From: Acidimicrobiia bacterium
Lineage (GTDB): Bacteria > Actinomycetota > Acidimicrobiia > Spongiisociales > ZC4RG35
Direction: 5' to 3'
Length of the DNA stretch: 64,000 nt
Assembly (NCBI GenBank): GCA_965203555.1
Contig: CBDBCY010000002.1
Location: 1-64,000, forward strand
Shown piece by piece: positions 61,015 through 64,000 of this stretch. The position numbers were made by a program, and so were the translations under genes. The notes beneath the pieces are model-generated. The model did no database searches, was not told the DNA's origin, and saw nothing but the letters and a program-made list of their open reading frames with translations. The first letter of the stretch is position 1. Each line of letters starts with the position of its first letter.

Positions 61015-61248
61015 TTACAGTCGTACCACCGGGCAGGTGAGAGTGCGGGTGATCCCTCGTAACATCTGGATTTCGGAAACTACCAGTCTTCCCAACGCGT
61101 CCACGTCGGGTGCCTGCACCTTGACCATCACGTCGTAAGGGCCGGTTACGTTTTCGGCTTCCTCCACCCCCGTGATCAACCGTACGTTCTCCGCTACCTG
61201 CTGGGCTTTGCCGACTTCGGTCTGAATCAATATGTAAGCGGTAGCCAC
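61015..61248 (-). CDS. Lrp/AsnC ligand-binding domain protein
   Basis: AYILIQTEVGK...VTGPYDV...GITRTLTCPVV. Confidence 0.9.
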   Translation of the reverse strand: MATAYILIQTEVGKAQQVAENVRLITGVEEAENVTGPYDVMVKVQAPDVDALGRLVVSEIQMLRGITRTLTCPVVRL

Positions 61249-61264
61249 TGTTTTTCCTCCGAGT

Positions 61265-61477
61265 TCAATAGCCGTCCTGGCCCATCCTGACGGAGTGGGC
61301 GAATGACTGCTCTCCGTCCCTTTCGGTTTCAAATACGATCCGCTGTCCCTGCCTGAGAAAGCGAAAGATGGACCCTTGCAGAGAGCCCGGTCTGAGAAGT
61401 ACCGCACTCCGGTCATCGTCTCGTATGATCACTCCGATCCCGGTCTGGGGATCGTAGGTCTTGACGACTCCCTGCAC
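61265..61477 (-). CDS. Cold-shock-domain-like protein
   Basis: QGVVKTYDP..G.G...FLRQGQRIVFE. Confidence 0.8.
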   Translation of the reverse strand: MQGVVKTYDPQTGIGVIIRDDDRSAVLLRPGSLQGSIFRFLRQGQRIVFETERDGEQSFAHSVRMGQDGY

Positions 61478-61480
61478 TAC

Positions 61481-61669
61481 CTAGACCTTCTCCACCTTGC
61501 CTGCTTTGATGCAAGACGTGCAGACCCGGGCCCGGCGGGTATTGGACCCCCGGCGGACCCGGATACGCTGTATGTTGGGACGCCACCGGCGGTTGTTTCT
61601 TTTGTGAGAGAAGGTCACGGTCTTTCCGAAAGACGGCTTACGCCCGCAGACCTCGCATTGGTACGCCAT
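61481..61669 (-). CDS. rpmB: 50S ribosomal protein L28 (Cys-containing type)
   Basis: [11 protein letters not shown]...SH...RRWRPNIQ...[11 protein letters not shown]. Confidence 0.97.
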   Translation of the reverse strand: MAYQCEVCGRKPSFGKTVTFSHKRNNRRWRPNIQRIRVRRGSNTRRARVCTSCIKAGKVEKV

Positions 61670-61731
61670 GGATTTCCTCCTGACCGAGAGAATAGCAAGC
61701 TTAAATAACAGATAACCAACCGAACTGAACA

Positions 61732-64000
61732 ATGAGCGCACCCGGATCCCCCACCCCATCCTTGCCCGGTTCACCCACTGCGACCAGGGGTCGCAGCTTG
61801 GCCTATCTGCATACGGTCGGTGTGGAAAGAGTCCGTTACATCGGGTCGGGACGGGCCGGGATACTGGGAAAGGGCGGTATCGAATCGGTGGCCGACCTTC
61901 TGCAGCACTTTCCCCACCGATACGTGGATCGCACCCTGGTGGCGCCGATCGCCGAACTTCCGGTCGGTGAGGAGGCGACCCTCCTTGCGGAGGTGGTCAG
62001 GACTTATCGGCCCCCTTCGGCGGGTCGAAGGGGGCGAAGACAGATGCTGAAAGTCACCGTTGCGGACCCCGATCGGCCGGATGGCGGGCAGGGCCAGGCG
62101 CTGATCGGAAGATCCAGGATGGAGATCACCTTCTTCAACCAACCCTTCCGCAGCCGTCAACTTCAGCCCGGAACGATCGCCGCCTTCTCGGGAAAGGTGA
62201 GTCTTTTCAGGGGTCGGCCCCAGATGACCAATCCCGACGTGGAGGTGATGGCTGCCGGTGAGGAGGAGTTCTCCGGAAAGGTGGTTCCGGTCCATTCGGC
62301 GGTGGGAGAGTTGCCGCCCACGAGAATTCGGCTCGCCATGCGCAATGCTCTGGACCGGGCCAGGCCCATTCATGATCCCGTTCCCCGCTCGGTGCTGAGG
62401 AGGAACAAGCTGATGGACCGGGATCAGGCTTTTGCCAACATCCATTTCCCCGAGAACCTGGATCTGGCCGAGGAGGCGCGCAGACGCCTGGTGTTCGATG
62501 AACTGTTCAGGATCCAGATGGCCCTGGCGCTGAGCCGTCACCGGTTGGTCGAAGAGCAGGAGGGGGTGTCCCAGCAGGTGGATTGCCCGCTGGTGGACAC
62601 TTTCCTGGGGGGCCTCCCCTACGACCTGACGGGCGCCCAGAAGCGGGTGATCGAAGAGATAGCCCGGGACATGGCGGGGTCTTGTCCCATGCACCGGATG
62701 CTGCAGGGCGAGGTGGGGTCGGGCAAGACAGTGGTGGCCCTGGTCACGTTGCTGGCGGCGGTGGGATCGGGGAACCAGGCCGCCATCATGGCGCCCACCG
62801 AAGTGCTGGCCGAGCAACTTTACATGGTCCTTCGGGAGATGCTCAGTCATGCGGGTCTGTCTCCTCCCGTTGCCCGTCCGCAGGGAGAGGGTCATCGGAT
62901 GGGATCTCTGTTTCAAGCCGGATCCGAGGTCACCGTCCGAGTCGCCCTTCTCACCTCCTCCCGCGCATCGGCCAACTATCTGCAGGAGCCCCGCCGTCCG
63001 CAGGTCAAAGAAGCGGTGGCGACGGGACATGCCCAGATCGTGGTGGGTACCCACTCCCTGATCCAAGAGGGGATCCGCTTTCGTCGGCTGGGGGTGGCAG
63101 TGGTGGACGAGCAGCATCGATTCGGGGTGTCACAGCGTAACACTCTCAAGTACAAGACGACCCGATGGCAGCCGGATCTGCTCATAATGACCGCCACTCC
63201 CATTCCCAGGACGTTGTCGATGACTCTTTACGGGGACCTGGCGCTCTCCTACATAGACGAGATGCCGCCGGGGCGTTCTCCGGTGAGAACCCGGGTTGTG
63301 AAAAACACTCCCGAAGGCCTGGGCAGGGCGTATGGGGTGATCAGGGAAGAGGTCCGCAAAGGCAGGCAGGCGTTTGTGATATGCCCGCTGATCGACGACA
63401 GCGAGAAACTGGAGGTCAGTTCGGTTGCTTCCCAGTATCAGCAGGTACGGTCCGTGTTTCCCCGTCTGTCGGTCGACCGTATGCACGGACAACTCTCCAG
63501 CATCGAAAAGGAAGAGGTGATGACCCGATTCCGGGCGGGGGAGACCGACATTTTGGTCAGCACCACCGTGATAGAGGTCGGGATCGACATCCCCAACGCC
63601 ACGGTGATGTTGATCACCGACGCCCAGCGCTTCGGACTTTCCCAGCTCCACCAATTGCGAGGCAGGGTGGGTCGTGGAAAACACTCGGGGCACTGCCTGT
63701 TGGTGGCCGAACCCGCCACTGCCGCCTCCGAGAGGAGGATGCGGGCGATGGCCCGCACCACCAACGGTTTGAAATTGGCGGAAGAAGATCTGAGGATCAG
63801 GGGTCAGGGCACCGTGTTCGGGGCCAGACAGTCGGGGATGGGGGACCTGAAACTGGCTGACATTCTGCGGGACCACCGGGCCTTGAGGCGGGCCAGGGAG
63901 GCCGCCGCCGACCTGATCCGGTCGGATCCCGAACTGAATAGGCACCGGGACTTGGAAGAGGAACTTCTCACCATCCTGGGTGAAGATGTGAAGTGGCTGT
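61732..64000 (+). CDS. recG: ATP-dependent DNA helicase RecG (runs off the window; absent from the ORF track)
   Basis: [47 protein letters not shown]. Confidence 0.96.
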   Translation, partial: MSAPGSPTPSLPGSPTATRGRSLAYLHTVGVERVRYIGSGRAGILGKGGIESVADLLQHFPHRYVDRTLVAPIAELPVGEEATLLAEVVRTYRPPSAGRRGRRQMLKVTVADPDRPDGGQGQALIGRSRMEITFFNQPFRSRQLQPGTIAAFSGKVSLFRGRPQMTNPDVEVMAAGEEEFSGKVVPVHSAVGELPPTRIRLAMRNALDRARPIHDPVPRSVLRRNKLMDRDQAFANIHFPENLDLAEEARRRLVFDELFRIQMALALSRHRLVEEQEGVSQQVDCPLVDTFLGGLPYDLTGAQKRVIEEIARDMAGSCPMHRMLQGEVGSGKTVVALVTLLAAVGSGNQAAIMAPTEVLAEQLYMVLREMLSHAGLSPPVARPQGEGHRMGSLFQAGSEVTVRVALLTSSRASANYLQEPRRPQVKEAVATGHAQIVVGTHSLIQEGIRFRRLGVAVVDEQHRFGVSQRNTLKYKTTRWQPDLLIMTATPIPRTLSMTLYGDLALSYIDEMPPGRSPVRTRVVKNTPEGLGRAYGVIREEVRKGRQAFVICPLIDDSEKLEVSSVASQYQQVRSVFPRLSVDRMHGQLSSIEKEEVMTRFRAGETDILVSTTVIEVGIDIPNATVMLITDAQRFGLSQLHQLRGRVGRGKHSGHCLLVAEPATAASERRMRAMARTTNGLKLAEEDLRIRGQGTVFGARQSGMGDLKLADILRDHRALRRAREAAADLIRSDPELNRHRDLEEELLTILGEDVKWL

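Overview
High-GC actinobacterial chromosome segment. Mycothione reductase, an actinobacterial LexA box, the MBL-rph-rdgB and recO-uppS-glyQS-dnaG clusters and leaderless promoters support Actinomycetota; Acidimicrobiia-like is an inference. The backbone is housekeeping: ald, pdxH, rph, rdgB, recO, uppS, glyQS, dnaG, a sigma-70, amt, etfAB, punA/deoA/deoB/upp, ppc, rpmB and recG. Highlights: (1) an approx. 9.5 kb island between rdgB and the 3' end of a tRNA-Sec gene. It holds toxin-antitoxin genes, a truncated hsdR, a decayed IS1634 with intact ends, and an intact three-gene SIR2 / small protein / Rad50-like zinc-hook ATPase operon, a candidate divergent Lamassu-like antiphage system. (2) A selenoprotein split by the ORF track (W-U-G-C motif with a SECIS-like hairpin), with selC in the same window. 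(3) A DUF262-HEPN gene pair. (4) A TA cassette flanked by a diverged duplicate of a gene 5' end. (5) An SRA/DUF3427-like domain fused to a PcrA-type Tudor domain. (6) An lprG/P55-like pair. No CRISPR array or rRNA was seen. All family assignments come from motif recognition by eye, not from database searches.
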